DNA from: an uncultured Pseudomonas sp.
Lineage (GTDB): Bacteria > Pseudomonadota > Gammaproteobacteria > Pseudomonadales > Pseudomonadaceae
Reading direction: 5' to 3'
Length of the DNA: 58,689 nt
Assembly: GCA_964493255.1 (NCBI GenBank)
Contig: CAZBNX010000001.1
Span: forward strand, 8,613-67,301
A program made the translations under genes and the position numbers. Numbering within the stretch: position 1 is the stretch's first letter; each line of letters opens with the position of its first letter. The notes under the pieces are model-generated. The model was not told the DNA's origin. It did not search any database and was given only the letters and a program-made list of their open reading frames with translations. Below are positions 21,243 through 31,258 of this stretch, one piece after another.

Positions 21243-21977
21243 TCAGTGCTCGTTTTCGGCGGTCTGTTGGCGTTGGCGCAATTGGCTGATGAGGTCGTCC
21301 CAGCGGGTTTCCCATGTGGCATCGAGTTCGCCACTGGCGCTATTTACGCGACAGCCGCCGCGCGCAATCAGTTCATCGGGTTGTAGTTGCCAGCCAGCGG
21401 CTTCTAGCTCGACGCCTAAACGCCCGCGTACCAGCAGTAAATCAGCAGGGTTTAACCATAAACGGGGACGCCCCGTGAGCGCGGGTTCGACATGCAGCAG
21501 CTCACGGACTAAACCCAGAATGTAGTCGGGGTGAGCGGTTAATGCTTCGCCCGCCAAATGACGTCCGGTTGCTAACGCTAAGGCCACAAGGTGGTCAGCG
21601 ATTTGCCCGTCTAAACGATGCAGCGCATGTCGAAAGTTATCCGCCAAGGTGTGTAACGGTTGCAGCGTTTGTGCAATTTGACGCTGTAATTCTTGTTCAC
21701 CCGCTTGGCGACCTTCATCAAAACCTTGCGCGTAACCGGCTGTTTTTCCGTCAGTAAAACCTTGATTAAAGCCTTCTTCGTAACCTTGCTGGCGTGCGTG
21801 TTCGTGTGCTTGTTGCCGCAAACCTTCTAACTCTGCATTGCGACGAAAAGCCTGTTGGCGAAGCGTTTCTCGGCGCGCGATATCGGGGTCTGGTTGCGAT
21901 TGGTTTGGACGACGCAACTCGTCCATGCTCCAGCGCCGCCATTGGTCGTTATCACCCGAAAAACCTTTATCAGACAT
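21243..21977 (-). CDS. fliH: FliH
   Basis: N-terminal WRRW, GxxxG repeats, RLWLNPADL, RGGCRV..GELDATWETRW; start refined. Confidence 0.94.
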   Translation of the reverse strand: MSDKGFSGDNDQWRRWSMDELRRPNQSQPDPDIARRETLRQQAFRRNAELEGLRQQAHEHARQQGYEEGFNQGFTDGKTAGYAQGFDEGRQAGEQELQRQIAQTLQPLHTLADNFRHALHRLDGQIADHLVALALATGRHLAGEALTAHPDYILGLVRELLHVEPALTGRPRLWLNPADLLLVRGRLGVELEAAGWQLQPDELIARGGCRVNSASGELDATWETRWDDLISQLRQRQQTAENEH

Positions 21978-22965
21978 ACGCATCGTCTCCGCCGCCTAAC
22001 ACGATATCGCCCGCGTCGGCCAAGCGTCTGACGATTTGCAGAATCTTTTTCTGTTCTTCTTCTACCTGAGAAACCCGAATGGGTCCGCGTGCCTGCATGT
22101 CTTCTTTGAACAACTGCGACGCGCGTTGTGACATGTTCATCAGGAACTTGTCTTGCAGTTCGGTTGGTGCGCCTTTGAGTGCGAGAACAAGCGAGTTGTT
22201 GTCTACTTCTTTGAGAATCATCTGGATGCCACGGTTGTCCACGTCCAACAGGTTTTCGAACAGGAACATCTCGTCGAGAATCTTTTGTGCAAGGTCTTCG
22301 CTGTGCGCGCGCACCGTCTCGATGGCCACCTCTTCCAGCGTGGAGTTCATCATGTTGAGGATTTCGGCAGCCGTTCTCACGCCGCCCATTTTGCTGCGCT
22401 TGAGGTTCTGGCCGTTGAGCATACTCCCCAAAACTTCTGTCAACTCTTGTAATGCAGCAGGTTGAACGCCGCTAAAGGTTGCAATCCGCAAAATAACGTC
22501 GTTGCGTAAGCGTTCATCGAATAGCTCCATGACGTTAGCCGCTTGATGACGCTCTAAATGAACCAAAATCGTGGCAATAATTTGTGGGTGCTCATCACGA
22601 ATCATTTCCGCAACCGTAGGCGCTTCCATGAGATTGAGCTTCTCGATGCCGTTGTCGGTATTGCTGGTTTCGAGAATATCTTCAATGAGAGATGCCGCCC
22701 GCTCGCTGCCCAAGGCTTTGGTTAGAACAGCACGGATATGCTCGCTAGATTGGATATTAATAGCGGCGTATTGGTCTGTTTCATCCATAAACTCTTCGAG
22801 CACCTGACGCATTTCTTCGTGAGAAATTTGCGTTAGGCGTGCCATTTCCAAGCTGACACGTTCGACGTCTTTTGCGGGCAAAAAGCGAATAATTTCCGCC
22901 GCGCTGTCTTCGTTCAAGCACAGTAATAAAATGGCACTACGGCGGACGGGCGTCATTTCGATCAT
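21970..22965 (-). CDS. fliG: Rotor/switch protein FliG
   Basis: EHPQIIATILVHL, KMGGVRTAAEI, EMFLFENL, NMSQRA. Confidence 0.97.
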   Translation of the reverse strand: MIEMTPVRRSAILLLCLNEDSAAEIIRFLPAKDVERVSLEMARLTQISHEEMRQVLEEFMDETDQYAAINIQSSEHIRAVLTKALGSERAASLIEDILETSNTDNGIEKLNLMEAPTVAEMIRDEHPQIIATILVHLERHQAANVMELFDERLRNDVILRIATFSGVQPAALQELTEVLGSMLNGQNLKRSKMGGVRTAAEILNMMNSTLEEVAIETVRAHSEDLAQKILDEMFLFENLLDVDNRGIQMILKEVDNNSLVLALKGAPTELQDKFLMNMSQRASQLFKEDMQARGPIRVSQVEEEQKKILQIVRRLADAGDIVLGGGDDAYV

Positions 22966-24758
22966 GGTTCTTTATCCATCCAGCTCTTAACAATCATGGC
23001 AATGAAACGTGGGTCATTGGTGGCCATTTCGCGCAAGCTTTCCAAGTTATGCTCGTAATCGGTTGAGCGGCGGCGTTTTTGTCGGCGTTTTTCTTGCGCT
23101 TGTGCTTCTGCCAAGGCTTGTGCTTCTTCGCTATCCGGATCGGCCATGCCGATAACTTCGCCGTTTTCGCCGATGATAGGTACCGGCGCGTTTTGAGCGG
23201 CGGCTGCGGCTGCGGCGGTTTCTGCGGCCTCGCGAATCGTATCCAGTTTTTCTTGGTGACGACGTTTGATGGGGCGCAAAATCATCAACCACAATAACAA
23301 GGCAACGAATGCAACCAACACATAACGCGATAGATAAGCTGCCAAGTTGAAGAATTCGGGTGTCTTCCACCAATCAACCACTTCAACTTTATCGTCACGC
23401 GGTGCGAATGGGCTATTAATCACCTCCAGCTCATCGCCGCGCGTTCCTGAAAAACCCATTGCTTGTTTTACTAAACGATTAATACGTTCTAGTTCTGCTG
23501 GCTCTAATGGTTCACGCACTATTTCGCCAGCGTCGTTGGTTTTTTCACGATAATTAATAACGACGGCGGCTGTCAGTCGTTGAATTTTACCGCGCTGATG
23601 TAAAATATGTTCGATATTGCGATCAACTTCATAATTAACCAGTTGGTCGCGTTTCAATGTAGAGCTGTTTTGATTGGCGGCTGCACCCTGTTGGGTGGCG
23701 TTGGGCGCGCCTTGAATAGTAGGACCACCGGTCTGTGCGGCGGCTGTTGCGGGGTCAGCGGGTGGCGTGTTGGTCAATGCGCCGGGAATACCGCGTGATG
23801 CAATCTCGCTGCCAGAAACATTTTCAGAGATTTGTTGGCTACGCACAGCGGCTTCGTTTGGCGGCTGATTAGGCCCAAAGCGTTCCGCTGTTTGTTCACG
23901 GCTAGAGAAGTCGATATTAGCGACCACTTGAGCGCGGACATTTTCTCGCCCAAATATAGGAATTAAAATATTTTCGATGCGGCGCTGGAATGAACGCTCT
24001 ACTTCATCGACGTAATTTAATTGCGTACCGTCTAAATCTTGTGCGCCATCACGTTTATTGTGGCGTGATAATAAGCGTCCTGCTTGGTCAACAACAGTGA
24101 CGGATTCGGCTGTTAAACCAGAAACGCTCGAAGAAACCATGTGAATAATTGCGTTCACTTGGCCTTCGCTGAGTTCCCTTCCGGGAATTAAATTTAATAC
24201 AACGGAGGCGCTGGCAGGTTCTCGCTCACGAACAAAAACGGATTGTCGCCCCATAGCTAAATGAATACGCGCTTTTGCAACAGGGCCTAACGATTCGATG
24301 GAGCGCGCTAATTCGCCCTCTAATCCGCGTTGAAAGTTAACTTGTTCTGTAAACTGGCTAATCCCAAACGCTTGATTATCCAACAGCTCAAAACCAACAT
24401 TGCCGCCTTGTGGCAATCCTTGTTCAGCTAACTGTAAGCGTAGCGTATGTATTTGTTCACTTGGCACTAATAACGCGCCACCATTTTCGCTGAAGCGATA
24501 AGGGATTTTTCGCTTATCAAGCTCGCTAATGATGCGCCCGCCGTCAGCTTCACTCAGGTTGTTATAGAGTGCGCGGTACTCGGGTTGACCGGCCCAAAGC
24601 AAAAGGACGGCAAGAATCGCCAACGAAAACACGCCCGCGATGCCAAACAAAATCAGGGGGTTATTGCGAACCTGATCGAATAGACGCGATAGCGGCGAAG
24701 ATTCTTGCGGATTGCTTTGGGTACCCAGAGGTTCTGTGCCTTGGGCAGCATTGCTCAC
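22962..24758 (-). CDS. fliF: MS-ring protein FliF
   Basis: LRLQLAEQGLP.GGNVGFELLD..FGISQFTEQVNFQRGLEGELARSI; two transmembrane segments. Start refined to GTG 24758 after GGAGGT. Confidence 0.96.
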   Translation of the reverse strand: MSNAAQGTEPLGTQSNPQESSPLSRLFDQVRNNPLILFGIAGVFSLAILAVLLLWAGQPEYRALYNNLSEADGGRIISELDKRKIPYRFSENGGALLVPSEQIHTLRLQLAEQGLPQGGNVGFELLDNQAFGISQFTEQVNFQRGLEGELARSIESLGPVAKARIHLAMGRQSVFVREREPASASVVLNLIPGRELSEGQVNAIIHMVSSSVSGLTAESVTVVDQAGRLLSRHNKRDGAQDLDGTQLNYVDEVERSFQRRIENILIPIFGRENVRAQVVANIDFSSREQTAERFGPNQPPNEAAVRSQQISENVSGSEIASRGIPGALTNTPPADPATAAAQTGGPTIQGAPNATQQGAAANQNSSTLKRDQLVNYEVDRNIEHILHQRGKIQRLTAAVVINYREKTNDAGEIVREPLEPAELERINRLVKQAMGFSGTRGDELEVINSPFAPRDDKVEVVDWWKTPEFFNLAAYLSRYVLVAFVALLLWLMILRPIKRRHQEKLDTIREAAETAAAAAAAQNAPVPIIGENGEVIGMADPDSEEAQALAEAQAQEKRRQKRRRSTDYEHNLESLREMATNDPRFIAMIVKSWMDKEP

Positions 24759-25049
24759 AAGCACCTCCGGCAACTGACCTGGGGTAAGACAAAAGGCATT
24801 ACTGCATCCGGTTTTGAAAGTTCTAGCGAAGGCCTGCTAAAAAGAAACAGCAGACTACAAGGAGTGCTGGCAATATAGCTGGCAGGTGTATGATGTGCAT
24901 TATTTTGCGGGGCAAAAATCAGCCTGAAAGCTAAAAAAGCCGAATCTTTCGCAATCAATTGACGATTACCCCCGTCGCGCACTGTTTTCTGAACACCCAT
25001 TTAGGGGCTTCCGGTGCCCACCGGCCCCATTCTATCGGTCGGAGACATT

Positions 25050-25385
25050 ATGAGCACCTCCCCTCTTTTACCCGCCGCGCAACAGTTGCACACTCAAATG
25101 CAGTCGTTAGCGGCTCAGGCGGCTGGACGCACGGTAGCTACCACCACAGAAAATACCGCGTTAAGTGGGTTCGCGGGTGAGCTACACGCCGCCGTGAATC
25201 GTATTAATCGTTTGCAGCAAACGGCAAGCACTCACTCGAAGCGGTTTCTTGCTGACGACCCGAGCGTCTCATTAAACGATTTGATGGTTGATATGCAGAA
25301 AGCGAGCGTCGCTTTTCAGATGGGTGTGCAGGTTCGTAATAAGTTGGTAGCTGCTTATAAAGATGTTATGAATATGCAAGTCTGA
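25050..25385 (+). CDS. fliE: FliE
   Basis: [37 protein letters not shown]; divergent from fliF as in enterics; start refined. Confidence 0.96.
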   Translation: MSTSPLLPAAQQLHTQMQSLAAQAAGRTVATTTENTALSGFAGELHAAVNRINRLQQTASTHSKRFLADDPSVSLNDLMVDMQKASVAFQMGVQVRNKLVAAYKDVMNMQV

Positions 25386-25398
25386 AGGCGACCTATTC

Positions 25399-25425
25399 TA
25401 AATATAGGCTGGGCTGATGAGATAA
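25399..25425 (+). promoter_or_regulatory. Possible weak sigma-28 promoter for fliDST
   Basis: TAAA-N15-TGAGATAA; the -10 element matches 5/8. Confidence 0.35.
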
Positions 25426-25519
25426 ACTTAGGATGAATGCTCGTGCCGTCGTTTTATGTCTCATGCGTGTGAAGCACAAGGTAAATAGTGCTTTTATTAA
25501 AAGTTAGGGGGCCAGCATC

Positions 25520-26908
25520 ATGGCAGCTATTACATCTTTTTTGGGATTAGGGTCTGGGCTAGACCTAAAGTCATTATTAGACCAGCTAGACTCAGCCGAG
25601 CGTTTAAAGTTAGAGCCGCTCACAGAGCGAAAAAAAGCCAACGAAACAAAGATTTCTGCTTTTGGCACTCTGCAAGGTAATTTATCTGCATTGCAAACAG
25701 CTTCTGATAAGCTGAACGATATACAAACTTTTCAGGGGCAAAAAAGTGCGACGTCAGGCACGGGTATTACTGTTGCGGCTTCAAGTGAAGCTGTGGCGGG
25801 TAGTTACCAAGTGAAAGTGACGCAATTAGCGCGTGCTCAAAGTTTAGCTACATCGGGCGTTGCTGATGTTGATAGTGAGTTAGGTTCAGGTGTATTAAGT
25901 ATTTCAGCAGGAAGTGTGGCGCTAGACGATATTACTGTTGATAGTAGCAATAATACATTGTTGGGCATCCGCGATGCCATTAACGCCCAAGGTAAAGGCG
26001 TTATGGCTACTATTATCAATGATGGAGACGCAACTGCGCCGTATCGGTTAGTGATAAGTTCAAGAGCAACAGGTGAAGCCTCTCCGGTTAATGTAAGTTT
26101 TACGGGAACAGGAGACGCAGTGAACTTATTGGGTTACGACTCTGCGGACCCTGCGGCGGCGGGTAACGTCATGACGGAGACGGTGCCAGCGGCTAATGCA
26201 AAATTGACGGTCAATGGTTTAAATATCGTCAGTCAAAGTAATACGGTTGAAGAAGCCATTCAGGGCGTAACTATCACGGCCACTTCAGTGAGCGATGAGC
26301 AAACCGTTACGATTTCCCGCGATACTGCTGCTATTCGTAAAGCGGTGACTGATTTTGTGGGTGCGTACAATACGTTGATAACAACAACGACCGAGCTAAC
26401 CAGCTACAATGCTGACACCAAGGTAGCGGGTGCTTTATTAGGCGACTCTTCGTTACGCAATATTCAGGCGCAAATTCGTACTGCATTAGTAACCCCTGTG
26501 GAAGGTGGTGCTTACAGCGTGCTTTCTGATTTGGGCGTCAGCTTGCAGGTTGACGGCAAATTAAAAATTGACGACAGTCAATTAGATGCAGTCTTGAATG
26601 ATGATATAAATGAACTGAGTAAAGTTTTAGCGGGCAGCAATAATATTACAAAAAGTGATGGTATTGCGGGCGGTTTAAGTAGTCGATTAGCCACTATTTT
26701 ATCGTCTGATGGTATCGTAAATCGCGCCATTGGGGGGCTGAAGTCGGCTAATTCTGCGTTAGATGAAGACTACAAACGTCTTGAAGCGTCGATTGTGAGT
26801 ACGGTTGACCGTTATCGCACGCAGTTCGCTCAATTAGATGCACTGGTTGCAGATATGAACTCGACAGCAAGTTACTTAACCCAACAGTTTAATGCTCTGA
26901 CAGCTTAA
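25520..26908 (+). CDS. fliD: Filament cap FliD
   Basis: LGLGSGLDL, V.VTQLARAQSL, GALLGDSSLR, RYRTQFAQLD..MNSTASYLTQQF. Confidence 0.95.
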   Translation: MAAITSFLGLGSGLDLKSLLDQLDSAERLKLEPLTERKKANETKISAFGTLQGNLSALQTASDKLNDIQTFQGQKSATSGTGITVAASSEAVAGSYQVKVTQLARAQSLATSGVADVDSELGSGVLSISAGSVALDDITVDSSNNTLLGIRDAINAQGKGVMATIINDGDATAPYRLVISSRATGEASPVNVSFTGTGDAVNLLGYDSADPAAAGNVMTETVPAANAKLTVNGLNIVSQSNTVEEAIQGVTITATSVSDEQTVTISRDTAAIRKAVTDFVGAYNTLITTTTELTSYNADTKVAGALLGDSSLRNIQAQIRTALVTPVEGGAYSVLSDLGVSLQVDGKLKIDDSQLDAVLNDDINELSKVLAGSNNITKSDGIAGGLSSRLATILSSDGIVNRAIGGLKSANSALDEDYKRLEASIVSTVDRYRTQFAQLDALVADMNSTASYLTQQFNALTA

Positions 26909-26930
26909 TCCTACATCAGCGAAGGTATTT

Positions 26931-27332
26931 ATGAACGCTTTTAATGCTGCGAATTCATACGCCAAACTAGGCATCCAAACGAGTGTGATGTCTGCTTCCC
27001 CCTATCGCTTAATTTCCATGTTATTTGATGGTGCTCAAACGGCTATTGGCGCGGCCAGAATACATATGGAAAGTGGAAATTTAGTTGAAAAAGGACTGTC
27101 GATTTCCAAGGCGTTGGACATTGTAAATAGTGGATTGTTAGCCGCTATTGATTACGAACGTGGTGGAGAAATTGCGGAGCGTTTGGCCCAGCTTTACGAT
27201 TACACTGCTCGTCTTTTATTGAAGGCTAATTTGCATAATGATTTAGCCGCACTTGAGGAAGCCTCCATGTTGCTTGAACAAATAGCGTCCGCTTGGCAGG
27301 AAATTGGACACCAACAGAGCGATGGGCTTTAA
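26931..27332 (+). CDS. fliS: Flagellin chaperone FliS
   Basis: SASPYRLISMLFDGA, KGLSISKALDI, GGEIAERLAQLYDY. Confidence 0.96.
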   Translation: MNAFNAANSYAKLGIQTSVMSASPYRLISMLFDGAQTAIGAARIHMESGNLVEKGLSISKALDIVNSGLLAAIDYERGGEIAERLAQLYDYTARLLLKANLHNDLAALEEASMLLEQIASAWQEIGHQQSDGL

Positions 27333-27335
27333 GAT

Positions 27336-27725
27336 ATGGGGGGTGCCACGCTGCCGTTGGTAGAACCCTATGAGCTATTGCTTCAACAAGTGGAGCACAT
27401 GCAAACATTAGCCGCTGCGGGCGATTTGGTAGCATTGATACAAGAAGCCTCGGCCTATGTAATTAATGTGGAAGCCCTCAAGCGCGCTGAGGCTTATTTA
27501 CCTCAAGACGAGGTATCTAAATCTCGGCGGCGCGAATTATTGGAGCGTATCTTGGCGATAGATGTAGAAATTCGCAGCAAACTTTCGACACGTCGCGACG
27601 AATTGAGCGAGTTATTAGAGCAATCGTCGCAGCCAAGAAATACGGGACGCACGATAAATACCGGAAAAAACTCTTCTAGCGTGGCGGCTATGTATCAAGC
27701 ATTTGAGCGTTTTGGGAAATCTTAA
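27336..27725 (+). CDS. fliT: FliT
   Basis: Follows fliS; helical; LLERILAIDVEIR..RRDELSELL and terminal AAMY. Confidence 0.82.
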   Translation: MGGATLPLVEPYELLLQQVEHMQTLAAAGDLVALIQEASAYVINVEALKRAEAYLPQDEVSKSRRRELLERILAIDVEIRSKLSTRRDELSELLEQSSQPRNTGRTINTGKNSSSVAAMYQAFERFGKS

Positions 27726-27727
27726 CG

Positions 27728-28843
27728 GTGAGTGGAATAACACCGTTAATTGATACTTTATTGCATCAAGTGCTGGGTAAGCGCGTTGATTTCTTGCGTG
27801 GTTTGCCATTGAATCCGCCAATTAATGCGCCTACTGCTTCAGAAGCGGCTCGCCCGGTAACTGATGATGCACAATTAGATAATGCTCCGACACCCGATCG
27901 AGCTACTTATTTATTAAGCAATAAAGCAGGGTTAGCTACAGCAAATGCTCAGGCGGCTATGAATCATGGCGCGGCAGTGATGTCAGCGCGCACACGTTTT
28001 AGTGAAGCGGCGCAATTAATATCCGATGCTTTATTAAGTGAAGAGGTGCAGATTCCTACCGTTAGTATTAAGAAACCCATTCTAACACCAGAAGTTGGTC
28101 AGCCTGTTTCGAGTCAGCAGGTAGCGGATAAATTAAAGCAAAGTATTTCAAGCAGTGGCTTATTTTATGAGTCGCATGTTGCTCGTTGGTATAAAGGAGA
28201 AATACCACTCAAAACTTTATTGGCTGAAGCGCAATCGCGTGCGTCGTTAATCTCAGCACAAGCCACCGCAGAGGATACGCCTGCCAATAGTACGGTAGTC
28301 GTTACTAAAGTAAATACAGACGCCGCCGTTGAAGCACCAGAGAAATTACTTTCATTAAATAATAAACAGATGCTTGCGAAAGAAGAAAGTGCTTCTGTTT
28401 TATTTGATAAGGGCGCATCGAATTCGCGCGAAAATTTAAATCCTACAACGCTGTTGCGTAATCAATTAGAGTTGATGAATACGCCCGTGTTGCGCTGGGA
28501 AGGTCAGGTATGGCCCGATTTTTCTGTTGCGCTGCAATTAAAACTCTTACCTTCTGGCGAGGAAGAAGAAGCAAAAAAACACAATAAAAAAGAGCAAAAC
28601 ACCTCTTCTTTTAAAGAGTGGGAGTTTCAATGTACTGTGCGCTCCTCTAATAAAAGTAAATTAGATATTCATGCGCGTAGTGACGGTATGAATTTATGGC
28701 TAACGCTAGGGAGTTGCTCAAAGGCGGTATTAGCGTTATTAGAACGAGATCGTGTTAAATTAACGCAGCGCCTTAAAGAACATGGATTTATTACGGTGGA
28801 GTTGCGCGGTCAATGGGTTCCGCGTGCAGAGGGTAGCGGATGA
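27728..28843 (+). CDS. FliK-family (hook-length-control-like) protein, second copy
   Basis: LKQSISSSGLFYESHVARW and QLELM..P.LRWEGQVWP motifs; low-complexity N-terminus; overlaps the downstream FlhB-domain gene. Confidence 0.65.
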   Translation: MSGITPLIDTLLHQVLGKRVDFLRGLPLNPPINAPTASEAARPVTDDAQLDNAPTPDRATYLLSNKAGLATANAQAAMNHGAAVMSARTRFSEAAQLISDALLSEEVQIPTVSIKKPILTPEVGQPVSSQQVADKLKQSISSSGLFYESHVARWYKGEIPLKTLLAEAQSRASLISAQATAEDTPANSTVVVTKVNTDAAVEAPEKLLSLNNKQMLAKEESASVLFDKGASNSRENLNPTTLLRNQLELMNTPVLRWEGQVWPDFSVALQLKLLPSGEEEEAKKHNKKEQNTSSFKEWEFQCTVRSSNKSKLDIHARSDGMNLWLTLGSCSKAVLALLERDRVKLTQRLKEHGFITVELRGQWVPRAEGSG

Positions 28844-29169
28844 TTATTGATGAAAAAACCGAGCAGCTAAAACGACAAGCTCTGGCACTACGGTATCGAG
28901 AAGGCGATTATGCACCGCGTGTTGTAGCTAAAGGCTATGGCGTTTTGGCCGAGCGAATTATTGCAGAAGCACAGCGTAATGGTGTGCCGATTCATGGCTC
29001 ACCTGAATTGTCTAGTTTATTGATGCAGGTTGATTTAGACGCACACATTCCTGAGCAGCTCTATCAAGCAGTCGCAGAGTTACTTGTTTGGATCTATAGC
29101 TTAGACCATCCGGTTCAGCCCGTTTCGAGTAGTGCAATGCCTCAATCAGCGCAACCATCGCTCGAATAA
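28840..29169 (+). CDS. Stand-alone FlhB C-terminal domain protein (EscU/YscU/HrcU family; FlhX/YlqH-like)
   Basis: Aligns by eye to the post-NPTH part of this window's FlhB (ALALRY...APRVVAKG..LAERI...VP...VDLDAHIPEQLYQAVAELLVW). No NPTH motif and no transmembrane segment. Confidence 0.88.
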   Translation: MIIDEKTEQLKRQALALRYREGDYAPRVVAKGYGVLAERIIAEAQRNGVPIHGSPELSSLLMQVDLDAHIPEQLYQAVAELLVWIYSLDHPVQPVSSSAMPQSAQPSLE

Positions 29170-29307
29170 CCCTTCAATGTATGTGATGCTCTGCTTATGT
29201 AAGAGTAGAGACTGTTATTTCTCCTTGATATTGCGCGTGATACAGTCCAAAGCCGAATCCTTGTGGCCATTTAGGCTGATATTTTGAAGATTTCAGGAGT
29301 ATGGGCT

Positions 29308-29634
29308 GTGAATGACGGTAGCATTCTTGAGGGTATTCAAGACCTGAATCTTTCCTATTTACTGCTTGTTCAGCGCCTGCTGCGTGAAGACCGCGCGATG
29401 GCTTTGTTTAGGTTGAATATGACCACTGAACAAGCGGATTTTCTAGCGAAATTATCAGGTAAGCAGTTGGGACAATTGGCTCGTAGTGGTCAGTTAGTGT
29501 GTCGTTTTGCGTTCGAAGATGTTACTCGGTTAGAGCGGATATTAGAAAGCTCGCGTGATCACGGATTAGAGCAGCTTCATGTTGCGTTGCTAATGACATC
29601 GTCAGGCCGCGAGACAGGGGGTCGAGTTGTCTGA
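29308..29634 (+). CDS. flhD: Master regulator FlhD
   Basis: [33 protein letters not shown]; GTG start after AGGAG. Confidence 0.95.
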   Translation: MNDGSILEGIQDLNLSYLLLVQRLLREDRAMALFRLNMTTEQADFLAKLSGKQLGQLARSGQLVCRFAFEDVTRLERILESSRDHGLEQLHVALLMTSSGRETGGRVV

Positions 29635-30232
29635 CAAAAGCCTGATTAACGAAATGATGCAAATTCAGTTGGCGATAGAGCTGATTGAGTTGGGCGCGCG
29701 CCTGCAAGTATTGGAAAGTGAAACTGATCTTAGTCGTGGTCGATTAATTCGTTTGTACAAAGAAGTACGCGGAGTATCACCGCCTAAGGGGATGTTACCC
29801 TTTTCCACCGACTGGTTTATGACGTGGCTGCCTAACATTCATTCTTCGTTGTTTTACAACTTATATTCGGGGCTTATTGCAACAGGCTGTGAGCGTATGG
29901 AAGCCTTTGTAAAAGCATTCCGCTTGTATTTAGAGCACCTTGAAGAGGGCGAAGAAGGCGCGGTATTAGGGCTAACGCGCGCGTGGACTTTGGTGCGTTT
30001 TTTTGAAAGCGGGATGCTTGAACAGGTGCCTTGTACGGTATGTGGCGGACATTTTGTGACACATGCACACGGTGTTATTCGTAATAGTTATGTCTGTGGT
30101 TTGTGTCAACCGCCGTCGCGGGCGGGTAAAACCCGACGCCGCAAGGAACAAGAAGCTGAAGCGGCCAAGAATAAAGAAACACCTTCTGCGGGTACCCAAT
30201 GTTCTCTCGGTTCGACAGAGCGTAATTGCTGA
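29627..30232 (+). CDS. flhC: Master regulator FlhC
   Basis: [40 protein letters not shown], Zn site CTVC...CGLC, PPSRAGK; TTG start. Confidence 0.97.
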   Translation: MSDKSLINEMMQIQLAIELIELGARLQVLESETDLSRGRLIRLYKEVRGVSPPKGMLPFSTDWFMTWLPNIHSSLFYNLYSGLIATGCERMEAFVKAFRLYLEHLEEGEEGAVLGLTRAWTLVRFFESGMLEQVPCTVCGGHFVTHAHGVIRNSYVCGLCQPPSRAGKTRRRKEQEAEAAKNKETPSAGTQCSLGSTERNC

Positions 30233-30394
30233 GAACAGGTGCCTGTTTATGCGGACTGTGTGTGTGTATATTGAGAGTGCCCTGTGATTGTGAGAATTAC
30301 AGTGAGCAGGTCGCTGGATGTGAAGCGTTGCGCGCTATCAACGTGCTTCAATACGTCCAAATCCACTAAATCGCATTGCTAGGAATACCTGATT

Positions 30395-31255
30395 GTGCTG
30401 ATTGCTTCTGGTTTTCTCATTCTTATTTTGACGGTATTTGGCGGCTATGTCCTATCGGGGGGCGCGTTAGGTCCCTTGTACCAGCCCACTGAATTTTTGA
30501 TGATTGGTGGTGCCGCGATTGGCACCTTCATCGCATCGAATAATGGCAAAGTGATTAAAGCCACGCTCAAAGTTACGCCCAAATTGAAGCGCACCTTGAA
30601 ATATAACAAGGCGCTTTACATGGATTTGATGGCGTTGCTGTACAACATCTTGTCTAAGGCCCGACGTGAGGGGATGTTGGCGATTGAAAAAGAAATCGAA
30701 AACCCTTCTGAAAGTGCCATTTTTAAAGATTATCCGACGCTAGTTCAGGATCCGATGATTATGAACTTTCTGACGGATTATCTACGCCTGATGATTAGCG
30801 GCAACATGAATCCCCATGAATTAGATGAGCTGATGCTGCATGAAATTGAGGAGTTTGAGCACGAAGCGCATGTACCCGCCGATGCCTTGAGTAAAGTCAG
30901 TGATGCGTTGCCCGCATTTGGTATCGTTGCGGCAGTGATGGGGGTGGTAAAAGCACTGACAGCGGCTGACGTACCGCCAGAAGTCATGGGCGAAATGATT
31001 GCTCACGCATTGGTGGGTACTTTCGTGGGTATTTTCTTGGCGTATGGCTTCATTACGCCGGTTTCTAACCGGATTGACCGCCAAGTAGGCGAGGCTATGA
31101 AAGTGTTGCAGTGTATGCGCGTTACACTGCTGGCAAGTTTGAATGGCTATGCTCCGCAATTAGCGGTTGAATTTGGCCGCAAAGCCCTTTATACCGCAGA
31201 GCGTCCGGGCGCGACTGAACTAGAAGAATATGTTCGTAACGGTAAAGGGAGCTAA
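30395..31255 (+). CDS. motA: Proton-type stator MotA
   Basis: LPAFGIVAAVMGVV, ALVGTFVGIFLAYG, GYAPQLAVEFGRK (enteric-like). Confidence 0.96.
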   Translation: MLIASGFLILILTVFGGYVLSGGALGPLYQPTEFLMIGGAAIGTFIASNNGKVIKATLKVTPKLKRTLKYNKALYMDLMALLYNILSKARREGMLAIEKEIENPSESAIFKDYPTLVQDPMIMNFLTDYLRLMISGNMNPHELDELMLHEIEEFEHEAHVPADALSKVSDALPAFGIVAAVMGVVKALTAADVPPEVMGEMIAHALVGTFVGIFLAYGFITPVSNRIDRQVGEAMKVLQCMRVTLLASLNGYAPQLAVEFGRKALYTAERPGATELEEYVRNGKGS

Positions 31256-31258
31256 TTA

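Noticed and set aside
29180-29255. CRP/Vfr-like sites upstream of flhD
   Set aside because: Only half-site matches (TGTGA, CGTGA) with poor second halves.
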